Assembly: GCA_050013475.1 (NCBI GenBank)
Contig: JBEKFE010000002.1
Location: 221,910-285,909, forward strand
Direction: 5' to 3'
Length of the DNA: 64,000 nucleotides
Source: Bacteroidales bacterium
Lineage (GTDB): Bacteria; Bacteroidota; Bacteroidia; Bacteroidales; VadinHA17
In this document: positions 45,895 through 55,304 of the stretch, piece after piece
Position numbering within the stretch: the stretch's first letter is position 1
How the letters are laid out: each line of letters opens with the position of its first letter
Program-made: the position numbers and the translations under genes
The notes under the pieces: model-generated
Databases searched by the model: none
Told to the model about the DNA's origin: nothing
What the model saw: the letters and a program-made list of their open reading frames with translations, nothing else

Positions 45895-46746
45895 ATGATG
45901 AATCGCAAAGTAAAAATTGCGCGGCTTTCTATTCTATCCAACTCCTTGCTTATTGTAATGAAGGTTGGCGTGGGGGTAATAAGCGGCTCCGTAAGTATAA
46001 TTTCCGAAGCTATCCACTCCTCAATGGACCTGATGGCCGCAGTAATTGCTTTCTTTGCTGTCAGGATCTCTGATAATCCACCCGATTCCAGGCATCCCTA
46101 CGGACATGGAAAGATTGAAAACATTTCAGGTGTCATAGAGGCGATTTTTATTCTCATTGCTGCTATATGGATCATAGTCGAAGCTGTCAGGAAACTGACC
46201 GGCGAGCCATTCGAACTCCGGTCAATAGGTATAGGTTCACTGGTAATGCTTGTTTCGGCGCTGATTAATATGATTGTCTCCCAGGCTCTCTATAAAGTGG
46301 CAAAAGAGACAAGATCAATTGCACTCGAGGCAGATGCGCTTCATCTTAAAACAGATGTCTATACTTCCATGGGTGTTGCCGCCGGACTTGGTCTTATTTT
46401 AGTTACTGATATTCACTGGCTCGATCCGATCGTGGCTATAATGGTCGCTTTATTAATAATAAAGGAATCTTATTCATTGCTCAGGAAGGCCTTCCTTCCA
46501 CTGATGGATGAAGCCTGGGAAGATAATGATATTAAAGATCTCGAACAGGCGCTTAATAATATGAAGGTGAGCTATCATGAACTCCGGACAAGGATAGCCG
46601 GCAACTACAGGTTCATCGACCTGCATGTTGAAATACCTAAAGATCAATCTGTGGAAAGTGCTCATCAGTATTGCGACAGGATCGAAGAGGTCCTTACAAA
46701 AAAGTTCGAGAGGCTGAATGTGACGATTCATGTAGAGCCAAGTTGA
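45895..46746 (+). CDS. Cation diffusion facilitator (CDF) family metal efflux transporter
   Basis: 283 aa with six TM helices and metal-site motifs (SEAIHSSMDL, HLKTDVYTS), plus a C-terminal cytoplasmic domain. Confidence 0.85.
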   Translation: MMNRKVKIARLSILSNSLLIVMKVGVGVISGSVSIISEAIHSSMDLMAAVIAFFAVRISDNPPDSRHPYGHGKIENISGVIEAIFILIAAIWIIVEAVRKLTGEPFELRSIGIGSLVMLVSALINMIVSQALYKVAKETRSIALEADALHLKTDVYTSMGVAAGLGLILVTDIHWLDPIVAIMVALLIIKESYSLLRKAFLPLMDEAWEDNDIKDLEQALNNMKVSYHELRTRIAGNYRFIDLHVEIPKDQSVESAHQYCDRIEEVLTKKFERLNVTIHVEPS

Positions 46747-46786
46747 AAGACCGTCTCAAATGTCAGATTAGACTTTAAATAAATTC

Positions 46787-46802
46787 TGGCATACTCTTTG
46801 CA
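46787..46802 (+). promoter_or_regulatory. Sigma-54 (-24/-12) promoter-like element
   Basis: TGGCATACTCTTTGCA has exact GG-N10-GC spacing and matches TGGCA..N..TTGCA. It lies 71 nt upstream of the ATG at 46873 and 41 nt after the CDF stop. Confidence 0.6.
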
Positions 46803-46872
46803 AAAAGAACTATCATGGTTAAACCAATACAAAGTTTTAGGGTCTATAAGATTAAAATAACTTAATTACAAA

Positions 46873-49089
46873 ATGAAAAGATTACTTATTATTTCCGGAA
46901 TACTTTTTTTGACTATCTCAACCAGCCTCAAGGCACAGTCTGAATGGCCAAAAGATGTCACCCTCAGCAACGGGTACATTGCTACTATTTTTCAGCCCCA
47001 ACCAGAGAATCTTAACGGTAACAGGCTTGAGTCAAGGGCGGTTGTCTCCATCAGGAAGACAAAATCCGATGATCCTGTTTTCGGCGTGATCTGGGCTGAA
47101 GCGGCCCTTCTGACCGATAAGGATACAAGGATGGCAACAATGGAAAACATTAAGGTCACCCAGGTCAGGTTTCCTGATCTCCAGGATAAAGCCAAGGTTG
47201 ATGCTCTGACGAAACAGCTTGAGGATGAGATACCAAACTGGGATATGGAGATACCACTCGACGAGATAGTGGCAACCATCGAACAGGATCAGGGAACATC
47301 TTCCGACAAACTTAATACCGATGCTCCTCTGATTTATTATAAAAATGAGCCGACGACCCTCGTAGTAATTGACGGGAATCCAATAATTAAAACTGATGAT
47401 CAGCTGAAGATGGAGAGAGTTATGAATACTCCTTTCCTGATCGTAAAATGTCCGGAGGACAGGAGATTTTACCTGTATGCCGGCAACATATGGTATGTTT
47501 CCTCAAATGTTGAGACAGGATGGATGCAGGCAAGATCCTTCCCATCTTCAATCAGAGCACTCGATACCCAGGTTAAAAGTCAGGATAATCAGAAACAGCA
47601 GGGACAATCGGGCCAGACTCCTGTTGTCACCTCTATACTTGTCAGTACCACACCCGCCGAACTTATCCAGACGGATGGCGAACCGTCGTGGTCTTCGGTG
47701 GCAGGCACCAACCTTCTTTATGTTTCCAACAGCAATGATGAGATCTTCAGGAATTTAAGCGATCAGCAGATCTATATATTGTTGTCGGGAAGATGGTATT
47801 CTTCTCCGGGGTTCAGAGGTCCCTGGTCATATATTGCTCCGGACAGGCTTCCTGCCGATTTTGCGAAGATACCTGAAGGATCTGACAAGGATGGCGTTCT
47901 TTCGAGCGTTGCCGGGACAGATGCCTCCCGCGAAGCAGTGATGGATGCAGAGATACCTCAGACTGCCAAAGTTGACAGGAGCTCGACAATAAATGTGACC
48001 TACGATGGCGCACCTGTTTTTGAACCTATCGAAGGTACAGGATTAGCCATGGCAGTAAATGCATCATTGTCGGTAATCAGGTCAGATAACAGGTATTTTG
48101 CGGTTGATAATGGTGTCTGGTATGTAGCAGATCAGCCTTTGGGACCCTGGATGGTTTCGACTGAGAGACCGGCAGATATTGATAAGGTACCCGCAACAAG
48201 CCCGGTGTACAATACAAAGTATGTCTATATCTATGATTCCACACCCGACTATGTCTATGTAGGTTATACACCTGGATACATGGGTTGCTACATTTACGGA
48301 CCTACTGTGGTGTACGGTACAGGTTTCTATTATCACCCTTGGTACCGGGCTTATTATTATCCAAGGCCTTATACATGGGGGTTTGGAATGCATTATAATC
48401 CGTGGAGCGGATGGTGCATGAACTTCAATTACAGCTTCGGATGGTTCAATTTCTCATGGGGCTTCGGGTACAGAGGCGGATGGTGGGGACCCCCGGTCTA
48501 CAGGCCTGCATATTATCCTGCATTCCACCCGGGATATGGCGGATTCTACGGGAGAAATGTACCACATTATAATGCTGCTTTTAATGTAAGCCATAACAAC
48601 ATTTATACAAACCGCAGGGATGTTGTTACAAGAGATGTCTACAGAAATACTGGCACCTCACCAAATACAAGACCGTCAACCAGTACAAATTATGCCAGCA
48701 ATACACATGTTACAGGTGAGACAAACAGAAGGACCACCACAACAACCGGAGTAAATAACAATATAAACCAGCCCCAGCATCAGAATCAAAATCAGACCCA
48801 TTACCTGACAGGTCCCCAGGCAGGTAATATCAACCGGGTAACTCCAAAGCCCAACACAAAGGTGCCGAACAATGTCTATTCTGACAAGGCAGGAAATGTT
48901 TATAAAAAAGAATCGGGCGGGAACTGGCAGCAGAGGCAGAATAATGGCTGGCAGTCTACCGCAGCAAATAAACAACCTGTCACCAGGCCGCTTGACAAAT
49001 CAAGCTACATGAGGGATCGCGGTGATATGAGAAAGACTCATACCACGCCTTCAAAGGGTCATCATAGCGGTGGTTCAAAGAGGCGCTAA
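46873..49089 (+). CDS. Secreted hypothetical protein with WY...G(P)W repeats and a Tyr/Gly/Trp/Pro/Asn-rich C-terminal third
   Basis: 738 aa with a signal peptide. Three repeats are present: NIWYVSSNVETGW, GRWYSSPGFRGPW and NGVWYVADQPLGPW. An extremely aromatic stretch follows (YYHPWYRAYYYPRPYTWGFGMHYNPWSGW...), then an N/T/Q/R-rich tail. Confidence 0.6.
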   Translation: MKRLLIISGILFLTISTSLKAQSEWPKDVTLSNGYIATIFQPQPENLNGNRLESRAVVSIRKTKSDDPVFGVIWAEAALLTDKDTRMATMENIKVTQVRFPDLQDKAKVDALTKQLEDEIPNWDMEIPLDEIVATIEQDQGTSSDKLNTDAPLIYYKNEPTTLVVIDGNPIIKTDDQLKMERVMNTPFLIVKCPEDRRFYLYAGNIWYVSSNVETGWMQARSFPSSIRALDTQVKSQDNQKQQGQSGQTPVVTSILVSTTPAELIQTDGEPSWSSVAGTNLLYVSNSNDEIFRNLSDQQIYILLSGRWYSSPGFRGPWSYIAPDRLPADFAKIPEGSDKDGVLSSVAGTDASREAVMDAEIPQTAKVDRSSTINVTYDGAPVFEPIEGTGLAMAVNASLSVIRSDNRYFAVDNGVWYVADQPLGPWMVSTERPADIDKVPATSPVYNTKYVYIYDSTPDYVYVGYTPGYMGCYIYGPTVVYGTGFYYHPWYRAYYYPRPYTWGFGMHYNPWSGWCMNFNYSFGWFNFSWGFGYRGGWWGPPVYRPAYYPAFHPGYGGFYGRNVPHYNAAFNVSHNNIYTNRRDVVTRDVYRNTGTSPNTRPSTSTNYASNTHVTGETNRRTTTTTGVNNNINQPQHQNQNQTHYLTGPQAGNINRVTPKPNTKVPNNVYSDKAGNVYKKESGGNWQQRQNNGWQSTAANKQPVTRPLDKSSYMRDRGDMRKTHTTPSKGHHSGGSKRR

Positions 49090-49147
49090 AAAACATTGTG
49101 TTTTGCGTTTGAGGATCAGAACGGATACCCTGAGGCAAGGTTAAATA

Positions 49148-49205
49148 CTGTGCCATCGAAAGAACCTTGGTGCTGCCGATCAGGTTGGAGCCTTCGGTGG
49201 CACAG
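49148..49205 (+). other. Long imperfect hairpin in the 235-nt spacer (possible sRNA/attenuator/REP-like element)
   Basis: ctgtgccatcgaaag (49148-62) pairs with ccttcggtggcacag (49191-205), giving 13 WC pairs, 1 GU and 1 mismatch. An inner stem is aacct/aggtt. A second small hairpin, tcgga-caggaaa-tccga, follows. Confidence 0.5.
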
Positions 49206-49324
49206 GCTCTTCGGACAGGAAATCCGAAATCTAATCCATTTACTCATTACCTGGTAAGCTTTTTAATCATTATCTTTGAATAGGCTTAAATAGAGTCAGA
49301 AATTGTTTATTCATTAATATTATT

Positions 49325-49936
49325 ATGAAAAAAACAACCTCATTTTTACTATCCCTGCTCTTGTTATTTTTTTATCTGGCCCCGGTTAATGCTCAAAATT
49401 TTGAGCTGATACCATTCGCAGGGTATGAGACCAGTTCAAAAATACAAAGTTGGGAAGGGGTCTTTCACATAAAAGGAGGGATGGATTTTGGAGCAGCACT
49501 GGACATTGGAAGTCATTCTTATAAGATCGAATTGTCGTACAGTCGTATGGCATCGGATCTTAACTATACCTATAATAATGCTACAACCGCAATCTGCAAC
49601 CTGGCAACAACTTATGCTTCAATTGGAGGTATAGCAGCCATTTACAGGGGTGATGTTGTCGTACCTTATGCAAAGATAGCCCTCGGCGGGACGTTTTATA
49701 ACCCGCTGAACAAAGATATTACAAGCGAATATGTTATGCATTTCGATATCTCCGGCGGGGTGAAATTTAAAATATCAGATCACTTCGGATTCAGGGTCCA
49801 GGCAAGTCTGCTGCTTCCGATCTTTTCTCAGGGAATGTACTTTCAGGAAACTACAACTCCTCCGGGCGAGGGCATGAAGACAAAGATAAGTGGTGTGCAG
49901 GGTAACTTTACCGGAGGGCTTATTATCAGATTTTAA
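49325..49936 (+). CDS. Small outer-membrane beta-barrel protein (8-10 strands, OmpA-barrel/OmpW-like size)
   Basis: 203 aa with signal peptide ...LAPVNAQ, alternating strands, and a C-terminal ...GGLIIRF. Confidence 0.65.
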   Translation: MKKTTSFLLSLLLLFFYLAPVNAQNFELIPFAGYETSSKIQSWEGVFHIKGGMDFGAALDIGSHSYKIELSYSRMASDLNYTYNNATTAICNLATTYASIGGIAAIYRGDVVVPYAKIALGGTFYNPLNKDITSEYVMHFDISGGVKFKISDHFGFRVQASLLLPIFSQGMYFQETTTPPGEGMKTKISGVQGNFTGGLIIRF

Positions 49937-49945
49937 AGATGGCCA

Positions 49946-51304
49946 TTACTGAAATCTTAAGGTAAACTCAGATCCCTTATCCGGAGCAGAATTTACTGAA
50001 ATTGTGCCATCATGATTTTGCATTATTTGCTTTGAAAGGCTTAATCCTATGCCTGAACCATTTTCCCTGGTTGTATAAAATGGCACAAAAATATCTTCAA
50101 TGATATCACCGGATATTCCAGCTCCATTATCCTCAACCTGAATTGTTGTACCTTCTTCACCAGAGAATGCTTTCAGTTGAATAACTCCATCTTTCTTATC
50201 GGATATGGCCTCAGAAGCATTTTTTATTAAATTGATAATAATCTGTTCAACCTGGGCATAGTCTGCTATTATTGCAATATCATCAGGATAAACATTTGAA
50301 ATTATTTTTATGTTATCTGAAATATTTGATTCCATCAGTATTCTGCATCTCCGGAACAGGCTGTCAATAGTGAACTTGCTTAAATTGGGTTTTGGCAATG
50401 ATGTCAGGCTTCTGTATTTATCGACAAAATCCAGGAGTCCTTTTCCTGTTTCTGCAATGGTATCCAATCCGGAAAGTGTTTTGGAAATAATTTGACCATC
50501 TATTTCTTCGGGCTGGACCGGGCTTTCATCGTCCTTCTTTTTAAAATATCCTGAGATCACTGCAGTAAGAGAGGTAATCGGACTTATGGAATTCATGATC
50601 TCATGAGTTAACACCCGGATTAATCTTTGCCAGGAATCCATCTCTTTTTTATCGAGTTCATTGGTTATATCCTGAAATGAAACCAATTTTATTAAATTGC
50701 TTTCAAATTTCAGTTCAGTGGTCTTTACCAGAATATTTAGCAAAAGATTGTCTGTTTTCATTTTATGCAATACCTCCTGCCCCGGTTTAATAGTATCTAT
50801 AATCTTAAATATTTCATCATTCATGGTTTTTAAAGATGATAAATGCCCTGGCTGAACGTTTAAGTACCTTTTTGCTTCCCTGTTATAAATTTCTATCCTG
50901 CCATTCATATCAAATGATAACAGTCCGACATCGACATGGTCAACCACAATTTGTAAGAACTGGCTTGTTCTCTCATTTTCAATCTTAATATTCTGAATGA
51001 TCGTAGTTAAATTATTCATTCTGTCATGCAATTTCCTGAATGAATTACTCTTTGTGCTTTCAGGAAACCGGATGGATGAGTCATGATCCTGAACCGATGA
51101 AAAGAATTTTTCCAGATCTTCATTTGTTTTATTAACCTGATCTACAAGCATCCAGGCTTGAAATACAATCAGGAAAATCATACCTGTCAGGGTATAATAG
51201 TATCCATGGTCAAGATGCTGTAACACTATTCCTAATACTACGCTTGATAAAATAATAAAAATTACTCGAATGAGTACATTGATGAAGAATCTGTTTAATA
51301 CCAT
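49946..51304 (-). CDS. Sensor histidine kinase (NtrB/NtrY-like)
   Basis: 452 aa with two N-terminal TM helices, a PAS-like region, H-box LTHEIMNSISPI, and HATPase N/G boxes (NLIKNASEA, DNGAGI, GSGIGLS). Confidence 0.88.
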   Translation of the reverse strand: MVLNRFFINVLIRVIFIILSSVVLGIVLQHLDHGYYYTLTGMIFLIVFQAWMLVDQVNKTNEDLEKFFSSVQDHDSSIRFPESTKSNSFRKLHDRMNNLTTIIQNIKIENERTSQFLQIVVDHVDVGLLSFDMNGRIEIYNREAKRYLNVQPGHLSSLKTMNDEIFKIIDTIKPGQEVLHKMKTDNLLLNILVKTTELKFESNLIKLVSFQDITNELDKKEMDSWQRLIRVLTHEIMNSISPITSLTAVISGYFKKKDDESPVQPEEIDGQIISKTLSGLDTIAETGKGLLDFVDKYRSLTSLPKPNLSKFTIDSLFRRCRILMESNISDNIKIISNVYPDDIAIIADYAQVEQIIINLIKNASEAISDKKDGVIQLKAFSGEEGTTIQVEDNGAGISGDIIEDIFVPFYTTRENGSGIGLSLSKQIMQNHDGTISVNSAPDKGSEFTLRFQ

Positions 51305-51316
51305 GGTTATAGCTTT

Positions 51317-52681
51317 CTACAGGTTATACTTTTGCATTTTATTGTACATTGTTTGTCTTGCTAATCCCAACTCTTTTGAAGCTTTCAGAACACTTCCATT
51401 ATTATTCCTGAGGGCAATCTGCAAGGCTTGTTTTTCTATCTCGGCAAATGTCGATGGCTTTTGCCGGAGAGGTGTTTCTTGAGATGAATGTGAGACTATA
51501 AGATCTTCCGGTGTCAAAATATCAGATTCACTTAATATCACCGCCTTTTCTATAGTATGACGTAACTCTCTTACATTTCCCGGCCAGTTATATTTCATTA
51601 GCTTGTCGAGGGTTTTGCTGCTGAACTTCAAATGGAATTTCTCATATTTGCCTGCGTACTCCTTTAAGAAGTGTTCTGCAAGCATAACAATATCTTCACC
51701 CCGGTCACGCAAAGGAGGGACTTCAATCACGATCGTGTTGATCCGGTAGTATAGATCCTCGCGGAAAAGATTCTTTGAGACCATTTCCTCAGGGTTTTTA
51801 TTTGTGGCGCAGATAAGTCGTATATCAAAAGGGATCGGAGTTTTTGAGCCGACCTTGTATATTACACGGTTTTGAATTGCCGTAAGCAGTTTAGATTGCA
51901 TTGAAAGGGAAAGATTGCCTATTTCATCCAGAAACAATGTGCCTCCTGAAGCCGTCTCGAACCACCCGGTTTTATCTTCCCTGGCATCAGTAAATGCCCC
52001 TTTAATATGCCCGAACATCTCACTTTCAAATATAGTTTCAGTAATCGTGCCTATGTCAATGCTGATAAAGGCTTCATCGGCCCTCCGCGAAACATTATGT
52101 ATCTCTTTTACAATTAATTCTTTCCCGGTTCCATTCTCACCAACGACTAAAACATTCGCATCTGTTCTGGCTACCTTTTTAATTACCTGCAGTACATTTT
52201 CCATTACCTGTGACTTCCCGACCAGGGGACCATCCTGTTTAATAATCCCTTTGTTCATCTGCTTCTGCCTGTCGCGGAGCTTCTTATTCTCAATCTTTGA
52301 TTGTCTGAGTTTAAATGCTGCCTGCAGTGAAGTAATAAGCTTACTATTGTCCCATGGCTTTACAACAAAATCAGTGGCTCCTTCCTTTATTGCCCTGACA
52401 GCCAGATCAACATCGGAATAAGCAGTTATCATCACCACAACGGCCAGCGGATCCGATTTCAAAATACGATTGAGCCAGTATAGACCTTCATTGCCCGTAT
52501 TAACGCCAGCCGAAAAGTTCATGTCCAGCAGGATGACATCAAACTCCTCCTTGTTTATGCAGCTGATGATCTGATTAGGATTTGTTATACCTGTAATACC
52601 GCCAAATTCAGGTTCAAGCAACTGGATCAATGCTTTTAAAACCTGTTTATGATCGTCAACGATCAGCAATTTGCCATCCAT
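51317..52681 (-). CDS. Sigma-54-dependent response regulator (NtrC family)
   Basis: 454 aa with a receiver domain (LLIVDD..., ILLDMNF), an AAA+ domain (GENGTGKE, GAFTDA, ESEMFGH), and a C-terminal Fis-type HTH. Confidence 0.92.
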   Translation of the reverse strand: MDGKLLIVDDHKQVLKALIQLLEPEFGGITGITNPNQIISCINKEEFDVILLDMNFSAGVNTGNEGLYWLNRILKSDPLAVVVMITAYSDVDLAVRAIKEGATDFVVKPWDNSKLITSLQAAFKLRQSKIENKKLRDRQKQMNKGIIKQDGPLVGKSQVMENVLQVIKKVARTDANVLVVGENGTGKELIVKEIHNVSRRADEAFISIDIGTITETIFESEMFGHIKGAFTDAREDKTGWFETASGGTLFLDEIGNLSLSMQSKLLTAIQNRVIYKVGSKTPIPFDIRLICATNKNPEEMVSKNLFREDLYYRINTIVIEVPPLRDRGEDIVMLAEHFLKEYAGKYEKFHLKFSSKTLDKLMKYNWPGNVRELRHTIEKAVILSESDILTPEDLIVSHSSQETPLRQKPSTFAEIEKQALQIALRNNNGSVLKASKELGLARQTMYNKMQKYNL

Positions 52682-52868
52682 TTTGTATACTTAAATTTTA
52701 TATAATGTCCATATTATGGGCATTTATTGCCCCTATATTAGACAAATATATATAATAATCTTTTGATCCTATTACTTAAATAACTAATTTTCAGAGTGTA
52801 AAAAATAGCGGTATGGTAATTGAAACATAGGGAAAAGTGCTTAGGGCACAGAACAAAGACCTAAAGAC

Positions 52869-52916
52869 TGCAAGATTGCAAGATTGCAAGACTGCAAGAC
52901 TGCAAGACTGCAAGAC
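52869..52916 (+). repeat. Tandem octamer array (TGCAAGAT)x2-(TGCAAGAC)x4
   Basis: Six exact head-to-tail 8-mers. The array is preceded by cTAAAGAC and followed by TTCAGACAAAGAGACAACAT, then the ATG of the permease gene (52937). Confidence 0.97.
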
Positions 52917-52936
52917 TTCAGACAAAGAGACAACAT

Positions 52937-55276
52937 ATGATAAAGAACTACTTTAAAATAGCCCTTCGGAATATCAAAAGGTATTCTACATATTCAATTC
53001 TGAATATTACTGGTATGGCCATAGGCATGGCTTCTGCAATTCTAATTTTATTATGGGTTCAGTTTGAATGGAGTTATGACAGATATTTCAAAAACGCGGA
53101 TGATCTGTACCGTGTGACTGAAAACCAGTATTTTTCCGGAGGTGAAGTCTCTTCGATGGCGGCAACTCCGGGTGCATTGTCCTCTGCTCTGAAAAAGGAA
53201 TATCCTGAAATAATAAGATCTTCGAGATACTCAAATCCCCCTTTCGCACTACATAAAGGAGATATATTTATAAATGAAAAGATTGCCATGGTTGACAAGG
53301 ACTTTCTTAAAATGTTTGATATCAAATTTATTCGTGGAGACATAAACAACGCTTTAAATGAACCTCACAATATTGTTATCACAGAAGTAATGGCAAACAA
53401 ATACTTCAGTAACGAAGATCCGCTTGGCAAAACTTTGACGGCAATAGATATGGTATTCACAGTCAGTGGTGTTGTAAAGAGTTTGCCGCGTAATAGTCAC
53501 CTCCAGTTTGATATATTGTTTTCTTTTGAAGGGTTAGGAGTACCCATTGATGACTGGAGGGTCCGATGTTATAATTATCTTGAACTGAAAAAAGGAACTG
53601 AGAGCAAAACAGTTGATAATAAAATCAGGGATTTTCTCAAGAACAATAAAAGAGAATCTAATTCGGAGATATTCCTTCAAAATATCAAAAAAATCCATCT
53701 GTTTTCTTCCAGGAAATATGTTTACGATATTAGCGGCCATGGTGATATTACATACGTGAGGATTTTGAGCCTTGTTGCCGTATTTATTCTCATAATTGCC
53801 TGTATTAACTTTATGAACCTTTCGACCGCTCAATCAGCCAGGAGATCGAGGGAAATTGGTATACGTAAAATGGCAGGGGCAAACAAACGTAAAATAATAG
53901 TTCAGTTTTTAGGAGAATCTTTGTTGATTGTACTGATGGCCCATCTTATTGCAATGATTCTGGTTGAATTGCTGTTGCCCGGCTTTAATAATCTTACCGG
54001 CAAGCATCTGGATGTTGACTATCGCAGTGCCGGTTTGTATATTGGTTTAATCACTGTTATATTGTTTTGCGGTTTACTGGCAGGTAGTTATCCGGCATTA
54101 TATTTATCTTCTTTAAAGCCACTGGATACAATTAAAGGCATTTTTACCAAAAACCCCGGTAACACCCGATTCAGAAAAATTCTGGTCATTTTCCAGTTTT
54201 CACTGTCTATCATACTTATTATTTGCACACTGATTGTAGGAAACCAGCTTAACTACCTGCAAAATAAGAACCTTGGCTTTAATAAAGACGACATCGGTTA
54301 TTTTCAGTTCCCAATACGTCCCGGAGATCCGCTACTGGGAACTATAAAACAAGAGCTCGGTAATAATCAGGATATCGAGAGTATAACAATGGGCGATTCT
54401 CCAATTAATACTGAATGGACTACGAACGGGTATAACTGGACAGGGGAAAAAATGGGAGATGATGTTTTATTTCATCGTCTTGGTGTTGATGAGAATTATG
54501 CCAGGACCTTTCAGCTCATGATTAAGGAGGGGCGTTTCTTTTCCTCTGAATTTTCAACAGATGCGAATGCAATAGTAATAAATGAACAGGCAGCAAGAAT
54601 CATGGGTTTTAAAGAACCCGTAGGAGAATTATTAACAACTGCTCAGGGAGCTAAATTAACTATAATTGGAGTAGTGCAAGATTTTCATTTTCAATCGTTA
54701 CATTATAAAATCGGACCCCTCATCATGCATATTGGAGCATCTAACGTTTTGTTTGTCAGAATAAAGCCTGATAAAATAACCTCAACTGTTGATTATATTG
54801 AGAAAACTTATAAATCGTTTAATCCTTCCAGTCCCCTCGATTTTCATTTTCTTGATGATGATTTTGACAACCTGTACCGTACTGAACAACGAATAGGTAA
54901 AATATTTGGTTCTTTCTCTTTTTTGGCAATAATAATTTCATGTCTCGGGCTTATAGGATTATCTTCATTTATGACAGAGCGCAGGACAAAAGAGATAGGG
55001 ATAAGGAAAATAAATGGGGCAAAGTCTATCGAAATATTTTCCTTGCTTTCAAGAGAATATTTAATATGGGTGATGATCTCAATTATAATTGCCTGTCCGA
55101 TTGCCTGGTATGCCATGTACAAATGGCTGCAAAACTTTGCATACGGAATAAGTATAGGTTGGTGGACATTTGCTCTGGCAGGTGTCGTTGCTTTGCTTAT
55201 TGCACTGCTCACCGTGAGCATTCAATCATACAGGGCAGCAAGCAAGAATCCTGTCGAAGCTCTGCGCTATGAATAG
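52937..55276 (+). CDS. MacB/FtsX-type ABC transporter permease (duplicated FtsX domains)
   Basis: 779 aa with an N-terminal TM plus a large periplasmic domain. Two FtsX 4-TM/3-TM blocks are present (RSREIGIRKMAGANKRKI and RTKEIGIRKINGAKSIEI). Confidence 0.88.
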   Translation: MIKNYFKIALRNIKRYSTYSILNITGMAIGMASAILILLWVQFEWSYDRYFKNADDLYRVTENQYFSGGEVSSMAATPGALSSALKKEYPEIIRSSRYSNPPFALHKGDIFINEKIAMVDKDFLKMFDIKFIRGDINNALNEPHNIVITEVMANKYFSNEDPLGKTLTAIDMVFTVSGVVKSLPRNSHLQFDILFSFEGLGVPIDDWRVRCYNYLELKKGTESKTVDNKIRDFLKNNKRESNSEIFLQNIKKIHLFSSRKYVYDISGHGDITYVRILSLVAVFILIIACINFMNLSTAQSARRSREIGIRKMAGANKRKIIVQFLGESLLIVLMAHLIAMILVELLLPGFNNLTGKHLDVDYRSAGLYIGLITVILFCGLLAGSYPALYLSSLKPLDTIKGIFTKNPGNTRFRKILVIFQFSLSIILIICTLIVGNQLNYLQNKNLGFNKDDIGYFQFPIRPGDPLLGTIKQELGNNQDIESITMGDSPINTEWTTNGYNWTGEKMGDDVLFHRLGVDENYARTFQLMIKEGRFFSSEFSTDANAIVINEQAARIMGFKEPVGELLTTAQGAKLTIIGVVQDFHFQSLHYKIGPLIMHIGASNVLFVRIKPDKITSTVDYIEKTYKSFNPSSPLDFHFLDDDFDNLYRTEQRIGKIFGSFSFLAIIISCLGLIGLSSFMTERRTKEIGIRKINGAKSIEIFSLLSREYLIWVMISIIIACPIAWYAMYKWLQNFAYGISIGWWTFALAGVVALLIALLTVSIQSYRAASKNPVEALRYE

Positions 55277-55304
55277 TCAATTTTGTTTCACTAGCATATT
55301 CCAA

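Noticed and set aside
52718-52733. GGGCA-tttat-TGCCC palindrome upstream of the response-regulator gene, as a possible sigma-54 promoter
   Set aside because: On the plus strand the GG-to-GC spacing is 9 nt rather than 10. On the minus strand the spacing fits only with a poor -24 (GGGG) and -12 (ATGC). It may be a regulator-binding palindrome, but I cannot support a promoter call.
52869-52916. Possibility that the tandem arrays (here, 4393-4420, 25180-25214, 56759-56944) are CRISPR arrays
   Set aside because: The units are contiguous with no unique spacers. The units of 8, 14 or ~93 nt do not fit a repeat-spacer architecture, and no cas genes are present.
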